In this document: piece after piece, positions 1 to 10,035 of the stretch
How positions within the stretch are numbered: position 1 is the first letter of the stretch
How the letters are laid out: every line of letters begins with the position of its first letter
NCBI RefSeq assembly: GCF_000008465.1
Contig: NC_006512.1
Coordinates: forward strand, 330,001 to 362,000
Direction of reading: 5' to 3'
DNA length: 32,000 bases
DNA from: Idiomarina loihiensis L2TR
Lineage (GTDB): Bacteria > Pseudomonadota > Gammaproteobacteria > Enterobacterales > Alteromonadaceae
Notes under the pieces: generated by a model
Databases searched by the model: none
What the model was told of the DNA's origin: nothing
Seen by the model: the letters and a program-made list of their open reading frames with translations, nothing else
Position numbers and translations under genes: made by a program

Positions 1-89
1 TGGAAGTCGATCCGACTAAGCCCCGATATATTCAGACGGTGTGGGGTCTGGGCTACGTGTTTGTGCCGGATGGTCAACTGAAGTCCTGA
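1..89 (+). CDS. ompR: Response regulator OmpR, 3' end only (5' part lies outside the window)
   Basis: The frame from nt 3 reads [28 protein letters not shown], matching the OmpR C-terminus ([18 protein letters not shown]). The stop TGA at 87-89 overlaps the envZ ATG (TGATG). Confidence 0.85.
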   Translation, partial: EVDPTKPRYIQTVWGLGYVFVPDGQLKS

Positions 90-1399
90 TGAAACTTTTT
101 CCTAAGTCAGCGTTTGCCCGCACGGTTGCGCTGCTGGCTCTGGTGTTGCTTATTAACCAGCTCGTTTCTTACGTGATGGTAAGCAATTATGTTGTCAGAC
201 CCTCTATAGAACAAATTAATGAGCTGGTTGCTAAACACATCCGCACCATGTTTATCCCCCGTCAGCATTTAGCTGAAACCGAGCGCGAGCTCATGACCAG
301 TTATACTGAAGCGACCGGCATTGAAGTCTTTAATGATGAAGCCGCTGAAAAGCAGGGCTTAGGTAACTCAACCTATTATGGTTATTTATCGGATGACATG
401 AGTGATATGCTGGGTGGTGAAGCGCAAGTACGGGTAGCTCAGGGCAATAAATTCTATTTGTGGGTAAAACCTCCGCGTGCGCCTGACTTCTGGATACGCG
501 TGCCCCTGGATAGTATGCAGCAGGGCCGCTTCTCGCCATTGGTGATGTACCTGGTACTCATTGGTTTGCTGAGCGTGTTCGGCGGTATGCTATTTGCCAA
601 CTGGTTAAACCGACCGTTAAAAGCTCTGGAGGACTCCGCCCGAAGAGTTGGACGGGGAGAGTTCCCTGAGCAGCTGTCTGAAAAAGGGGCGACCGAAATT
701 GTGGCGGTGACTCGCGCTTTTAATCAAATGTCGCGCGGTATTCGCGAGTTGGAAAATGACCGCAACCTTTTAATGGCCGGTGTTTCTCACGACTTAAGAA
801 CCCCTCTTACTCGCATTCGTCTGGCTGCGGAAATGATGCCGCAGGGCGAAGACTGCCTGGCTCAGGGCATTATTGAAGATATAGACGACATGAACGACAT
901 TATTGATCAGTTTATTGATTACGTTCGTCTTGATCAGCAGGAGTCGAGCAGCAGAGAGTCGCTGAATGAGCTGATAGAGCAAACTGTGGCGAATGTTCCG
1001 GATAACTGGCAAAAGCAGTTTGAGCTGGATTTAGGCAAGTTGCCCAGAGTCTGGTTACGGCCCTTGTCTATGAAGCGAGTCATTATTAATTTGCTGGAAA
1101 ATGCCGAACGTTACGGGAAACATCAAGTGGTGGTCAGCTCCGGGCATGATAAAAAGCAAAAACGTGTTTGGTTTAGAGTAACGGATGACGGCCCGGGCAT
1201 TCCCGAAGAGCAGCAGGCCACATTATTTGAGCCTTTTACTCAGGGGGATAAAGCGCGTGGTGGCGTTGGGTCCGGTCTGGGGCTGGCTATTATTAAGCGC
1301 ATTGTCGACCGGCACGACGGCAGTATAAAACTGCAAAACCGCCCGGAAGGCGGCTTGTGCGTGCGGATTGAACTGCCGCTGAATCAGCAACGGCAGTAA
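89..1399 (+). CDS. envZ: Osmolarity sensor histidine kinase EnvZ
   Basis: This is ORF 41..1399 with an internal ATG at 89 ([13 protein letters not shown]...) coupled to the ompR stop. It has two TM segments, a HAMP region, the H-box [18 protein letters not shown], and the N/G boxes DDGPGI and GSGLGLAI. It is colinear with E. coli EnvZ. Confidence 0.93.
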   Translation: MKLFPKSAFARTVALLALVLLINQLVSYVMVSNYVVRPSIEQINELVAKHIRTMFIPRQHLAETERELMTSYTEATGIEVFNDEAAEKQGLGNSTYYGYLSDDMSDMLGGEAQVRVAQGNKFYLWVKPPRAPDFWIRVPLDSMQQGRFSPLVMYLVLIGLLSVFGGMLFANWLNRPLKALEDSARRVGRGEFPEQLSEKGATEIVAVTRAFNQMSRGIRELENDRNLLMAGVSHDLRTPLTRIRLAAEMMPQGEDCLAQGIIEDIDDMNDIIDQFIDYVRLDQQESSSRESLNELIEQTVANVPDNWQKQFELDLGKLPRVWLRPLSMKRVIINLLENAERYGKHQVVVSSGHDKKQKRVWFRVTDDGPGIPEEQQATLFEPFTQGDKARGGVGSGLGLAIIKRIVDRHDGSIKLQNRPEGGLCVRIELPLNQQRQ

Positions 1400-1405
1400 T
1401 CTTGA

Positions 1406-2824
1406 TTACAGCAACAGGCGGTTAATACCGTTAAGAGCCGCAACCCGGTAGGCTTCCGCCATGGTCGGATAGTTAAAGGTGGTGTTGACGAAGTAGTCGA
1501 TGGTGTTACCACCGTTTTTCTGCTCCATAATAGCCTGACCAATGTGGATAATTTCTGAAGCTCGCTCGCCAAAACAGTGAAGCCCCAGCAGTTCTCGCGT
1601 TTCACGGTGGAATAATAATTTCAGACAACCCACGTCGGCACCGGAGATTTGCGCCCGTGCAAGGTGCTTAAACTGCGCACGGCCGACCTCATAAGGTACT
1701 TTCATTTCAGTCAGTTCTTCTTCAGTTTTACCAACCGAGCTGATTTCCGGGATGGTGTAAATACCGGTAGGGATATCGCTGATAAGTGCTTTGTCGCAAT
1801 TACCGTTAATAATAGCGGAAGCACAGATCCGTCCCTGATCGTATGCTGCGCTGGCTAAACTGGGGTAACCAATAATGTCGCCAACTGCATAAATATTATC
1901 GACACTGGTCTGGTAGTTTTCATTTACCTCCAATTGGCCGCGATAGTTGGGTTCAAGCCCCACCGCCTGGCAGTCAAGCTGTTCAATGTTACCGGAACGG
2001 CCATTAGCAAAAAGCAGACAGTCGGCAGCCATGGTCTTACCAGACTTAGTTTTCAGCACCACTTTGTCATCGTGCCCGGTAATGCTTTCGTATTCTTCAT
2101 TGTGGCGAATGACAACGCCACTGTTGCGCAAGTGATAACTCAGCGCATCTGAAATTTCAGCATCCAGAAAAGAAAGCAGGCGTTCACGCTGGTTTATTAA
2201 GTCAACTTTAACGCCCATACCCCGGAAAATACTGGCGTATTCACTGCCCACCACACCTGCACCGTATATCAGAATGGTTTTAGGTTCATGAGACAACGAC
2301 AACACTTTATCTGAGTCGTAAATGCGCGGATGCGAAAAGTCGACGTCTTTCGGGTTGTATGGGCGTGACCCTGTAGCGATAACGACATGTTTTGTGATCA
2401 AGTCATCGACAGAGCCGTCCAGTTTGGTGACCCGAATGCGGTTCTTGTCTAAAAAAGAAGCTGTACCGTGCACCACAGTAACGTCGTTACGGTCGTAAAA
2501 CGAACTGCGTAATTTCACCTGTTTACGAATAACCGATTCTGCATAGTGCAGTATGTGACTGAAAGTCATACCGCTCTGCCAGCCAGGGCCGGAAAACAAT
2601 GGATTATTATTGTATTCAATTAGACGACTGACGGAGTGTCGCAAAGCTTTGGATGGAATGGTTCCCCAATGCGTGCAACCGCCGCCAAGGGCTTTATGTT
2701 TTTCTACTATGGCAACGTTGTAGCCGCTTTTGGCCAATTGCATGGCAGCGCCTTCGCCGCCGGGACCAGTACCGATGACAACGACATCGAATTCTGTTTC
2801 GGTTTCAGGCTTTATTGCAGTCAT
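1406..2824 (-). CDS. sthA: Soluble pyridine nucleotide transhydrogenase (SthA/UdhA)
   Basis: 472 aa with the N-terminal FAD motif [13 protein letters not shown], the motif [17 protein letters not shown], and the C-terminal [16 protein letters not shown]. Full-length similarity to E. coli SthA. Confidence 0.93.
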   Translation of the reverse strand: MTAIKPETETEFDVVVIGTGPGGEGAAMQLAKSGYNVAIVEKHKALGGGCTHWGTIPSKALRHSVSRLIEYNNNPLFSGPGWQSGMTFSHILHYAESVIRKQVKLRSSFYDRNDVTVVHGTASFLDKNRIRVTKLDGSVDDLITKHVVIATGSRPYNPKDVDFSHPRIYDSDKVLSLSHEPKTILIYGAGVVGSEYASIFRGMGVKVDLINQRERLLSFLDAEISDALSYHLRNSGVVIRHNEEYESITGHDDKVVLKTKSGKTMAADCLLFANGRSGNIEQLDCQAVGLEPNYRGQLEVNENYQTSVDNIYAVGDIIGYPSLASAAYDQGRICASAIINGNCDKALISDIPTGIYTIPEISSVGKTEEELTEMKVPYEVGRAQFKHLARAQISGADVGCLKLLFHRETRELLGLHCFGERASEIIHIGQAIMEQKNGGNTIDYFVNTTFNYPTMAEAYRVAALNGINRLLL

Positions 2825-2951
2825 ATTACTCGCTTCACTACCGGTGTACGGGCTTTAGATAGTAGCACTGTATAAGAAAAGCGTAAATTGACACTGTTTT
2901 CTGTGCGCAGAGTCGTTATAGTAAAGAGAGACAATGACTTGGAACCGTTGT

Positions 2952-3509
2952 ATGAGTAAAGAAAAACAAGTCCCGCAAATTCTGGCTCGTCGTGTCGTAG
3001 CACAAAGCCGCTTAATGCGTATTGAGGCCGTCGACCTTAAATTTAGCAATGGTGAGCAGCGTCAGTTTGAGCGCATGAAAGGCAGCGGTCGCGGCGCGGT
3101 GATGATTGTTCCCTGCCTGGATGAAGAAACTTTGTTACTGATTCGGGAATACGCTGCAGGCCTTCACGACTATCAACTCGGTTTTCCCAAAGGCCTGATT
3201 GACCCGGGCGAAACCCCGGAAGAGGCTGCTCAGCGTGAGCTAAAAGAAGAAGTTGGTTACGGCAGCCGTCAACTTGAATTCTTAATGGAAGTGTCTCTCG
3301 CGCCTCAGTTTTTCTCCGCCAAAATGAGTGTTTTCGTAGCTCGCGATTTATACCCCGAAAGCTTGCCGGGCGACGAACCTGAGCCGTTGGAAAAAGTGAC
3401 CTGGCCATTAAACGATATTGACAACCTGCTGGCTCAACCCGATTTTTCTGAAGCGCGAAGTGTTGCGGCGCTGTTAATGCTTTTGCGTAATCTGAGTGAG
3501 GCACAGTAG
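2952..3509 (+). CDS. nudE: ADP compounds hydrolase NudE (Nudix family)
   Basis: Nudix box GLIDPGETPEEAAQRELKEEVGY. MSKEKQVPQILARRVVAQSRL aligns with the E. coli NudE N-terminus MSKSLQKPTILNVETVARSRL. An alternative upstream ATG at 2934 follows an AGAGAG motif, so the start is uncertain by 18 nt. Confidence 0.88.
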   Translation: MSKEKQVPQILARRVVAQSRLMRIEAVDLKFSNGEQRQFERMKGSGRGAVMIVPCLDEETLLLIREYAAGLHDYQLGFPKGLIDPGETPEEAAQRELKEEVGYGSRQLEFLMEVSLAPQFFSAKMSVFVARDLYPESLPGDEPEPLEKVTWPLNDIDNLLAQPDFSEARSVAALLMLLRNLSEAQ

Positions 3510-4333
3510 TGGCAGAAACAATGCTGGAGAAACTGAAGGAAATAGCATTCGAAGCAGGTGGCGTTATTCTGTCAATGTACGAGCGGCGTGACTATAAAAC
3601 GGCCGAGAAAAAAGACGATTCTCCAGTGACTACCGCAGATCTTGTTGCCAGCGAACTAATAGAAGATCGACTCAAGCAGTCATTCCCTGATATTCCGGTT
3701 ATTTCTGAAGAAAGCGAGCATCAGGACTATAATGAGCGCCGTCAGTGGAGAGCCTATTTTATTATCGACCCGATAGATGGTACTCAGGAGTTTATTTCCC
3801 GCTCCGGAGACTTTGCTGTCAACATTGCTTACGTAGAAAACAACGAGCCTGTCATTGGCGTTATTTTCTGGCCGGTCGGGGAAACGCTTTACTATGCTCG
3901 CAAAGGTGCTGGCGCCTTTAAACAAAAAGAGAACGAAAAGCAGTCCATAAGCGTGCGCAAGTTTAGTGACCCTCAGGCTGACCCTATTATTATTGCAATA
4001 AGTCGGCAACAGGCACGAGAGCCTGTGTTTAATCGTTTGCAGACAAAACGTGATATTCAGCCTTTACCAACGGGTAGCTGTTCACTAAAAGCCTGTTTTA
4101 TTGCCGAGGGCAAAGCCGATTGTTTTTTACGTCTGGGACCTACCGGAGAATGGGATACCGCTGCATCGCAAGTTATTGTAGGAGAAGCTGGCGGTCGCAT
4201 AGTGAATGAGAACTTTGAGCCCATTACCTACAACCGCACGGTTAGCCTGCTGAACCCGAACTTCTTAGTTCTGGGTGACCAAAATGTTCCCTGGGAAGAA
4301 GTCTTTATTGCCCGTCAGGCTCGTTTCCGGTAA
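3509..4333 (+). CDS. cysQ: 3'(2'),5'-bisphosphate nucleotidase CysQ
   Basis: Inositol-monophosphatase fold motifs: [28 protein letters not shown]. The GTG at 3509 has a GAGG 7 nt upstream and overlaps the nudE stop (TAGTG). The ATG at 3521 (MLEKLKEIA...) aligns better with the E. coli N-terminus but has no SD. Confidence 0.9.
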   Translation: MAETMLEKLKEIAFEAGGVILSMYERRDYKTAEKKDDSPVTTADLVASELIEDRLKQSFPDIPVISEESEHQDYNERRQWRAYFIIDPIDGTQEFISRSGDFAVNIAYVENNEPVIGVIFWPVGETLYYARKGAGAFKQKENEKQSISVRKFSDPQADPIIIAISRQQAREPVFNRLQTKRDIQPLPTGSCSLKACFIAEGKADCFLRLGPTGEWDTAASQVIVGEAGGRIVNENFEPITYNRTVSLLNPNFLVLGDQNVPWEEVFIARQARFR

Positions 4334-4541
4334 CACTGTCTTTGTTGACTACATCGACACTTTCATGCAACTCAGAGTAAACAATGACGGCTTCGCCGGA
4401 CTTCAGGCGTTGCTTCAGTTGCTCCACTTTCGTTTCAAAGCTGAGCTCCTGACTGCCGTAATCGGTTCCTTCGCGCAGTACAATAGATTCCATTAAATTG
4501 TTCAGGGTTTCCTGATCAATTTCCTGCCAGGGAATGATCAT
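4305..4541 (-). CDS. yheU: YheU/UPF0270 family small protein
   Basis: 78 aa. [29 protein letters not shown] matches E. coli Yhe[30 protein letters not shown]. The start ATG overlaps the yheS stop (ATGA). Confidence 0.88.
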   Translation of the reverse strand: MIIPWQEIDQETLNNLMESIVLREGTDYGSQELSFETKVEQLKQRLKSGEAVIVYSELHESVDVVNKDSVTGNEPDGQ

Positions 4542-6451
4542 TTATCCTCCGCTTGCTGCAATTCTTCTGTTAATTCTGCCAGTTCTTCTTCTGCTGTCAT
4601 CCAGAGGTTTTCCTGTTGTTGCAGATCTTTTTGCGCCTGTGCCTGCTGGTCTAACAGCTTTTGCAATTTGGCTTTATTGGCATCGTCATACAAGGTGCTG
4701 TCACTCAGTTGCTCGTGAATATCGGCTAGCGTCAGCTCCAGCGAATGAATATTCTTTTCTGCCTTCTCTATTTGTTGGCGCAAAGGCTTGGTTTTTTGTC
4801 GTGCTTCGGCTTCTTTGCGTTTTTGCTGTTTGCGGTCATCGCGTTGGCGAGTAGCGGGTTGCTCGCTACGTTTGTCATTAGCCGCCTGTTGTTGTAACCA
4901 ATCGTGATAGGCATCTAAATCGCCGTCGAAAGTTTCTGCTTTGCCGTCGGCAACCAGACAAAATTCATCTACCGTAGTACGTAGCAAATGTCTGTCGTGC
5001 GAAACGACAATTAGCGCGCCTTCGTATTCCTGCAAAGCCGCAACCAGTGCGTCCCGTAAGCCGAGATCCAGGTGGTTGGTTGGCTCATCTAGCAGTAACA
5101 GGTTAGGACGCTGGTAAATAATGAGGGCTAATGCCAATCGGGCTTTTTCCCCACCGGACATGGGTTCGACCGACCGTGTGGCCTGATCACCGGAAAATCC
5201 AAAGTTGCCTAGAAAGTCACGCAGCTTTTGTTCAGTCGCTTGTTTATCAATGCGCTGCAAGTGCAGCAGAGCTGAGGCTGCCAAGTCCAGAGTTTCCAGC
5301 TGATGCTGAGCAAAATAACCAATGCTGAGACCTGGGTTAACCAACCGCTCACCAGCCATCGGCTCCAATTCACCCGCCAGCAGTTTAATCAGCGTTGATT
5401 TACCGGCGCCGTTTCGGCCAAGCAAGCCTAACCTAGTTCCCGGCACCAAATTTAGCTTAATCTGCTCAAGAATGGTGGTGTCACCATAGCCAGCTTTGGC
5501 GTCGCGCAGCGTTAGCAGTGGATTTGGCAGCTTCTCTGGTGTTAAAAAGTGAAAGTCGATACCACTTTCGGCGCGTAGTGGTGCCTGGTTAGGCAGCTTC
5601 TCAATAGCTTTTAAACGGCTCTGTGCTTGTTTGGCTTTGCTGGCTTTATAACGAAAACGGTCAACGTAAGCTTGTAAGTGCTGACGCATAACCTGAGCTT
5701 TTTCGTACTCGCTTTGTTGCTGAGCCATGTGCTCGGCGCGCTGCCGCTCAAACAGAGAGTAGTTACCGCGGTAGCTGTTCAGTTTTTTATGCTCAATATG
5801 CGTAATGTCGGTAGTGACCGAGTCGAGAAAGTCACGGTCGTGCGATATCAATAGCAGGGTTCCGTCGTACTGTTTTAACCAGCTTTCCAGCCAGAAAATG
5901 GCATCAACGTCCAGGTGGTTGGTTGGCTCATCCAGCAGCATTAAGTCGGCGCGGGCTATGAGTACCTGTGCCAAATTAAGGCGCATACGCCAACCACCAG
6001 AAAATGCTTTTACCGGCTGTTGCAGTTGTTCCTGAGTAAAACCAAGGCCAGCCATTAAACTGGCGGTTCTGGGCTGAATATCATAAGCTCCGATGGAAGC
6101 CAACTTGTCGTGACAGTGCGCAATGGCTTCGCCGTTGTTATCGCTTTCGGCCTGCGCGAGTTGCGCTTCCAACTGCCGAAACTCGGCGTCACCGTCCATT
6201 ACGTAATCGATAGCGGATTTATCCAGTGCGGGAGTGTCCTGGGCTACGCTGGCAATTCGCCACTCCGCTGGCAGGTGAATATTACCGCTGTCGGCACTGA
6301 GTTCACCACGCAGCATGGCAAACAGCGAGGACTTGCCGCAGCCATTACGGCCTACTAAGCCAACGCGATGTCCCGGGAATACTTGTAAGTCACTGTCTTC
6401 AAATAAAACATCACCGCCACGCAATAAGGTGATAGCTTCAGCACGGATCAT
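4538..6451 (-). CDS. yheS: ABC-F family ATPase YheS (tandem ABC domains, no TM domain)
   Basis: 637 aa, the same length as E. coli YheS. Two Walker A motifs ([18 protein letters not shown]), two signature motifs ([18 protein letters not shown]), an interdomain linker and a charged coiled-coil C-terminal tail. Confidence 0.93.
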   Translation of the reverse strand: MIRAEAITLLRGGDVLFEDSDLQVFPGHRVGLVGRNGCGKSSLFAMLRGELSADSGNIHLPAEWRIASVAQDTPALDKSAIDYVMDGDAEFRQLEAQLAQAESDNNGEAIAHCHDKLASIGAYDIQPRTASLMAGLGFTQEQLQQPVKAFSGGWRMRLNLAQVLIARADLMLLDEPTNHLDVDAIFWLESWLKQYDGTLLLISHDRDFLDSVTTDITHIEHKKLNSYRGNYSLFERQRAEHMAQQQSEYEKAQVMRQHLQAYVDRFRYKASKAKQAQSRLKAIEKLPNQAPLRAESGIDFHFLTPEKLPNPLLTLRDAKAGYGDTTILEQIKLNLVPGTRLGLLGRNGAGKSTLIKLLAGELEPMAGERLVNPGLSIGYFAQHQLETLDLAASALLHLQRIDKQATEQKLRDFLGNFGFSGDQATRSVEPMSGGEKARLALALIIYQRPNLLLLDEPTNHLDLGLRDALVAALQEYEGALIVVSHDRHLLRTTVDEFCLVADGKAETFDGDLDAYHDWLQQQAANDKRSEQPATRQRDDRKQQKRKEAEARQKTKPLRQQIEKAEKNIHSLELTLADIHEQLSDSTLYDDANKAKLQKLLDQQAQAQKDLQQQENLWMTAEEELAELTEELQQAEDK

Positions 6452-6466
6452 AAACTACTCTTCATT

Positions 6467-6494
6467 TTGTACAGCTGTTCAGCTGCGGTATCAT
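6467..6494 (+). promoter_or_regulatory. Candidate sigma70 promoter for yheV (and possibly nnr onward)
   Basis: TTGTAC (6467-6472), a 16-nt spacer, then TATCAT (6489-6494), about 40 nt upstream of the yheV GTG. Sequence match only. Confidence 0.35.
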
Positions 6495-6532
6495 AGACGT
6501 GTTCTGCTCACAATTCTAACACAGGAGCTGTT

Positions 6533-6736
6533 GTGGCTAGAGAAAAGAAGCGATTTATTGCCGGGGCCGTTTGCCCCAAATGCGATGCCATGGACACACT
6601 CATGCTCTTCATCGAAAACGATACCGAACAAGTTGAGTGCGTGCAATGTAAGCACCGGTTTAGTGAACCTAAAGAGCAGGGTGGTGGTAGCCAGCGTCAG
6701 TTTGATCAGGTCATTGGGGTGTTTAAGCCAGACTAA
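6533..6736 (+). CDS. yheV: YheV family small zinc-ribbon protein (DUF2387)
   Basis: 67 aa. KKRFIAGAVCPKCDAMD...VECVQCKH...DQVIGVFKPD aligns with E. coli YheV (RKRFIAGAKCPACQAQD...VECVKCGH...EQVIGIFHPD). It has a CxxC...CxxC motif. The GTG start is preceded by AGGAG. Confidence 0.85.
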   Translation: MAREKKRFIAGAVCPKCDAMDTLMLFIENDTEQVECVQCKHRFSEPKEQGGGSQRQFDQVIGVFKPD

Positions 6737-6756
6737 ACAAATTGTAGGGAACCATT

Positions 6757-8277
6757 ATGACAGACACCGACGGCAGCCGTTTTAGCAATTGTCTTTATCG
6801 CGTTGAGCAAGTACAGCAGGGCGAACAAAAAGCCGCTGAAGCCTGCTCGATGAACATGACGCAACTGATGTCGGCGGCCGGGAAAGCCGTTTTTCATCAG
6901 CTGCAGTCGTATTTTCCGGCACCGGCACGCATTGCGGTCTGTTGTGGTGAAGGCAATAACGGTGGTGATGGCTATATTGTCGCCCGGCTGGCTCAAAAAG
7001 CCGGTTATCAGGTGCAAGTTTTTGCGCTCAAACCCAATGTTGAATTGCCGGAACCAATGGAGTCTGACGCGCACAAAGCCCGCGCTGCGTGGCGTGAACA
7101 AGGGGGCAGTGAAAAGCCCTTGTTGGATTGCTCACCCGAGCAGTTTGATGTGTTGGTTGATGCTTTATTTGGTGTGGGTTTGAATCGTGCTCTTGAGGGC
7201 GACCCGGTAAGCTGGGTTCAGCGCGTGAATGGCAGCACGACGCCGGTGGTGTCAGTGGACGTGCCGTCGGGGTTAAATGCTGATACAGGTCATGTGCCCG
7301 GTGCTGCGGTTCGCGCTCATCTTACCGTCTGTCTGGTGGCGTTAAAGCGTGGTTTGCTGACCGGGAAGGCTCAAGAGCACACCGGTGAGTTAAAACTTGA
7401 AGATTTAGGTATTGGCAGCACGTTTAAACAGCAAAACGAAGCTAACTGGTTCAGAGTCAACGCCGGCCGGGTTGGTGGCTGGCTGGCGCCGCGTTCACGC
7501 TGCACTCATAAAGGTGAACAGGGGCATGTGCTAATTGTCGGTGGCCAGCCGGGTATGTCCGGAGCTGTGATACTGGCAATGCAGTCGGCGCTGCGTGCGG
7601 GAGCGGGCAAAGTGTCAGCGGCGTGTCATCCGCAGGTGCAGGCAATTGTTGCGGCAGCGCAGCCTGAAGCAATGGTACATGGCATAAAAGAAACCGATTC
7701 TCTTGAGCCGCTGCTGCGAGAAGCTTCTGCTGTTGCTTTGGGGCCCGGACTGGGACAAGGCTCCTGGAGTCAGGAGATTTTTTCGCAAGTGATGGAAACC
7801 GATGTGCTGAAAGTTATTGATGCCGATGGTTTAAACTTATTAGCGAGTAACCCTGTTCGTTCACCCAAATTATTACTAACTCCGCACCCTGGTGAAGCTG
7901 CACGGTTACTGCAAATGACGACCGACGAAATAGCGTCGGATCGTTTTGCTGCGGCAACAAAACTGCGCGAAAAATACGGTGCGCAGGTATTACTGAAAGG
8001 TGCAGGATCTTTGCTGGTAACCGACAGAGGAAGGTGTTTGATAGACCGCGGTTCTCCGGCAATGGCTTCCGGTGGTATGGGCGACTTGTTAACCGGACTA
8101 ATCGCGGGCTTATTAGCGCAAAGAATGGCTCCGGCACAAGCGCTTATTGCAGGTAGCCTATGGCATGCTATAGCGGGCGAAGAGGCAGGAAAAGATGGTG
8201 AGAGGGGAACCTTAGCTTCGGATCTGTTGCCTCATATACGACAGTTGGTGAATGGATATGGAAGGGACGATGGCTGA
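6757..8277 (+). CDS. nnr: Bifunctional NAD(P)H-hydrate repair enzyme Nnr (epimerase plus ADP-dependent dehydratase; YjeF)
   Basis: 506 aa. The N-terminal YjeF_N motif is CGEGNNGGDGYIVARL. The C-terminal carbohydrate-kinase-like domain has HKGEQGHVLIVGG, LTPHPGEAARLL and ASGGMGDLLTGLIAG. Confidence 0.92.
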   Translation: MTDTDGSRFSNCLYRVEQVQQGEQKAAEACSMNMTQLMSAAGKAVFHQLQSYFPAPARIAVCCGEGNNGGDGYIVARLAQKAGYQVQVFALKPNVELPEPMESDAHKARAAWREQGGSEKPLLDCSPEQFDVLVDALFGVGLNRALEGDPVSWVQRVNGSTTPVVSVDVPSGLNADTGHVPGAAVRAHLTVCLVALKRGLLTGKAQEHTGELKLEDLGIGSTFKQQNEANWFRVNAGRVGGWLAPRSRCTHKGEQGHVLIVGGQPGMSGAVILAMQSALRAGAGKVSAACHPQVQAIVAAAQPEAMVHGIKETDSLEPLLREASAVALGPGLGQGSWSQEIFSQVMETDVLKVIDADGLNLLASNPVRSPKLLLTPHPGEAARLLQMTTDEIASDRFAAATKLREKYGAQVLLKGAGSLLVTDRGRCLIDRGSPAMASGGMGDLLTGLIAGLLAQRMAPAQALIAGSLWHAIAGEEAGKDGERGTLASDLLPHIRQLVNGYGRDDG

Positions 8278-8728
8278 GGTACACCAATGTGAACTGGCTA
8301 ACGAAGAGGAAACGTTAGCACTTGCTAAGAAATTTTCACAAGTTTTACAGGCCCCTTTAGTGGTTTATCTGGAAGGTGAGTTAGGTGCTGGTAAAACGGC
8401 ATTTTGTCGCGGTGTTATTCAGGCTATGGGGCATTCAGGGGCAGTGAAAAGCCCGACCTATACTCTTGTCGAGCCCTACCAGTTGCAAGGCTGGCGTATT
8501 CATCATTTCGATTTATACCGACTGGCCGACCCGGAAGAGCTCGAATATATGGGAATTCGTGATTATTTTTCTGAAGATACGTTAAACTTTATAGAGTGGC
8601 CCGATAAAGGCTATGGTTGGCTTCCCGGTGCGGACATTGAGATAAGAATCGAGTATGCTGGCACGGGTCGTAAACTAACTTTCAGTGCGCTAACTGAAGC
8701 CGGACAAAAAATAATTAAAACATTATGA
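8270..8728 (+). CDS. tsaE: tRNA t6A37 biosynthesis ATPase TsaE (YjeE)
   Basis: P-loop GELGAGKT, SPTYTLVEPY and HHFDLYRL. The ATG at 8270 gives 152 aa (E. coli has 153) and overlaps the nnr stop by 8 nt. The ORF-track start at 8252 is probably an over-extension. Confidence 0.9.
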   Translation: MAEVHQCELANEEETLALAKKFSQVLQAPLVVYLEGELGAGKTAFCRGVIQAMGHSGAVKSPTYTLVEPYQLQGWRIHHFDLYRLADPEELEYMGIRDYFSEDTLNFIEWPDKGYGWLPGADIEIRIEYAGTGRKLTFSALTEAGQKIIKTL

Positions 8729-10035
8729 TGAAGCGATTTTGGGTGTTTTTGTTTGCCTGTGCTCCTTTGTGGGCCTGGGCTGACAACAGTGTAGACAGTG
8801 TGCGTGTATGGCCATCTCCGGATAAAACGCGGGTGGTTTTCGACTTGTCGGACACTCCCGATTATTCTTACTTTACTTTGTATCAGCAAAAGCCCTACCG
8901 GCTGGTTATTGATTTTAACAACACCTCGTTAAAAGCCGGCCTGGAGAATTTGGGCAAAGAATCGCTGCTGGTCGATAAAATTCGTACAAGTTCGCCTAAA
9001 AATGCCAACAGTACCCGTATCGTTATTGAGCTGGACTCCAAAAGCGATGCGAACTTGTTTACCCTGCCGGCGAATGAGTCTTATAAAGACCGGCTGGTCG
9101 TTGACTTACCCGGTAAGTCTATTGAGCGCAGCGGGCCGGCTAAATCCGTTTCTGAATTAAAAGACAGACGCGTAACTGTGGCTATTGATGCCGGGCATGG
9201 TGGTGATGACCCTGGTTCTATTGGTCCGCGCGGAACCTATGAAAAACACGTTGTCATTCGTATAGCTACTGCTCTGGCTAAGTTAATTAACGACGACCCG
9301 GGTATGCAGGCATATTTGATTCGCACCGGTGACTACTATGTTGGCCTTAACGAGCGACCGCAAAAAGCCTGGGATGCTAAAGCCGACTTTTTTGTTTCTA
9401 TTCATGCAGACGCTTTTCGAACACCACAGCCCAGCGGTGGCTCGGTCTGGGTGTTGTCCAAACGCCGGGCAGAATCCGAAGTTGGTCGCTGGTTAGAAAA
9501 TCGGGAGCAGCAATCTGAGTTATTGGGTGGCGTTACTGATATTTTGCGGAAGAACGGGCACGAACCCTATTTGGCAGAGACTCTGTTGGATATGTCAATG
9601 GACAGTTCCATTGCCGGGGCCTACAGTGCCGCGAAACATATAATCGACGAGATGTCGGCGGTGACAGAAATGCATAAGCATGCTCCACAGGCAGCTAGCC
9701 TTGCTGTGCTCAAATCGCCGGATAAACCGTCATTGCTGGTGGAAACTGGATTCATTTCAAATCCGCGTGAAGAGCAGTTGTTAACCAGTAATGCTCATCA
9801 GCAAAAGCTGGCGCGGGCTCTTTATAACGGGATCCGCCGTTATTTTGTCAGTAACCCAATAGACAATACCTACTTAGCTAACCAAAGCAGTTTTACTTAT
9901 ACCGTTAAGTCCGGAGATTCCTTATCGGTGCTGGCACAGAAGTATAATACTACCGTCAAAGCCATTAAAACCGAGAATAACCTGACCACCAGTAGCTTGA
10001 AAATTGGTCAGAAACTGACAATTCCGAGTCGCTGA
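8725..10035 (+). CDS. amiB: N-acetylmuramoyl-L-alanine amidase AmiB-like (AMIN domain, Amidase_3, C-terminal LysM-like motif)
   Basis: Sec-type signal peptide ([19 protein letters not shown]), AMIN-like [17 protein letters not shown], catalytic region [11 protein letters not shown]...SIHADA...VETGFISN, and a C-terminal [16 protein letters not shown]...IGQKLTIP. In the canonical position between tsaE and mutL. Confidence 0.9.

Noticed and set aside
2825-2951. TTGACA (2888-2893) and TATAGT (2917-2922) in the sthA/nudE divergent spacer, considered as a nudE promoter
   Set aside because: The hexamers are 23 nt apart, well outside the 16-18 nt window, so they are not a credible pair. I could not define a promoter here.
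4534-4854. 106-aa plus-strand ORF with hydrophobic stretches
   Set aside because: It is antisense to the charged coiled-coil C-terminal tail of yheS. The repetitive GAA/AAG/CAG codons opposite give Leu/Phe-rich pseudo-TM segments. It has no RBS.
6315-7101. ORFs 6315..6785 (+, 156 aa) and 6733..7101 (-, 122 aa) around the yheS/yheV/nnr junction
   Set aside because: They overlap the well-supported yheS N-terminus, yheV and nnr in other frames or on the other strand. Their composition is atypical (Cys/Arg/Ser-rich) and they resemble no protein family I know.
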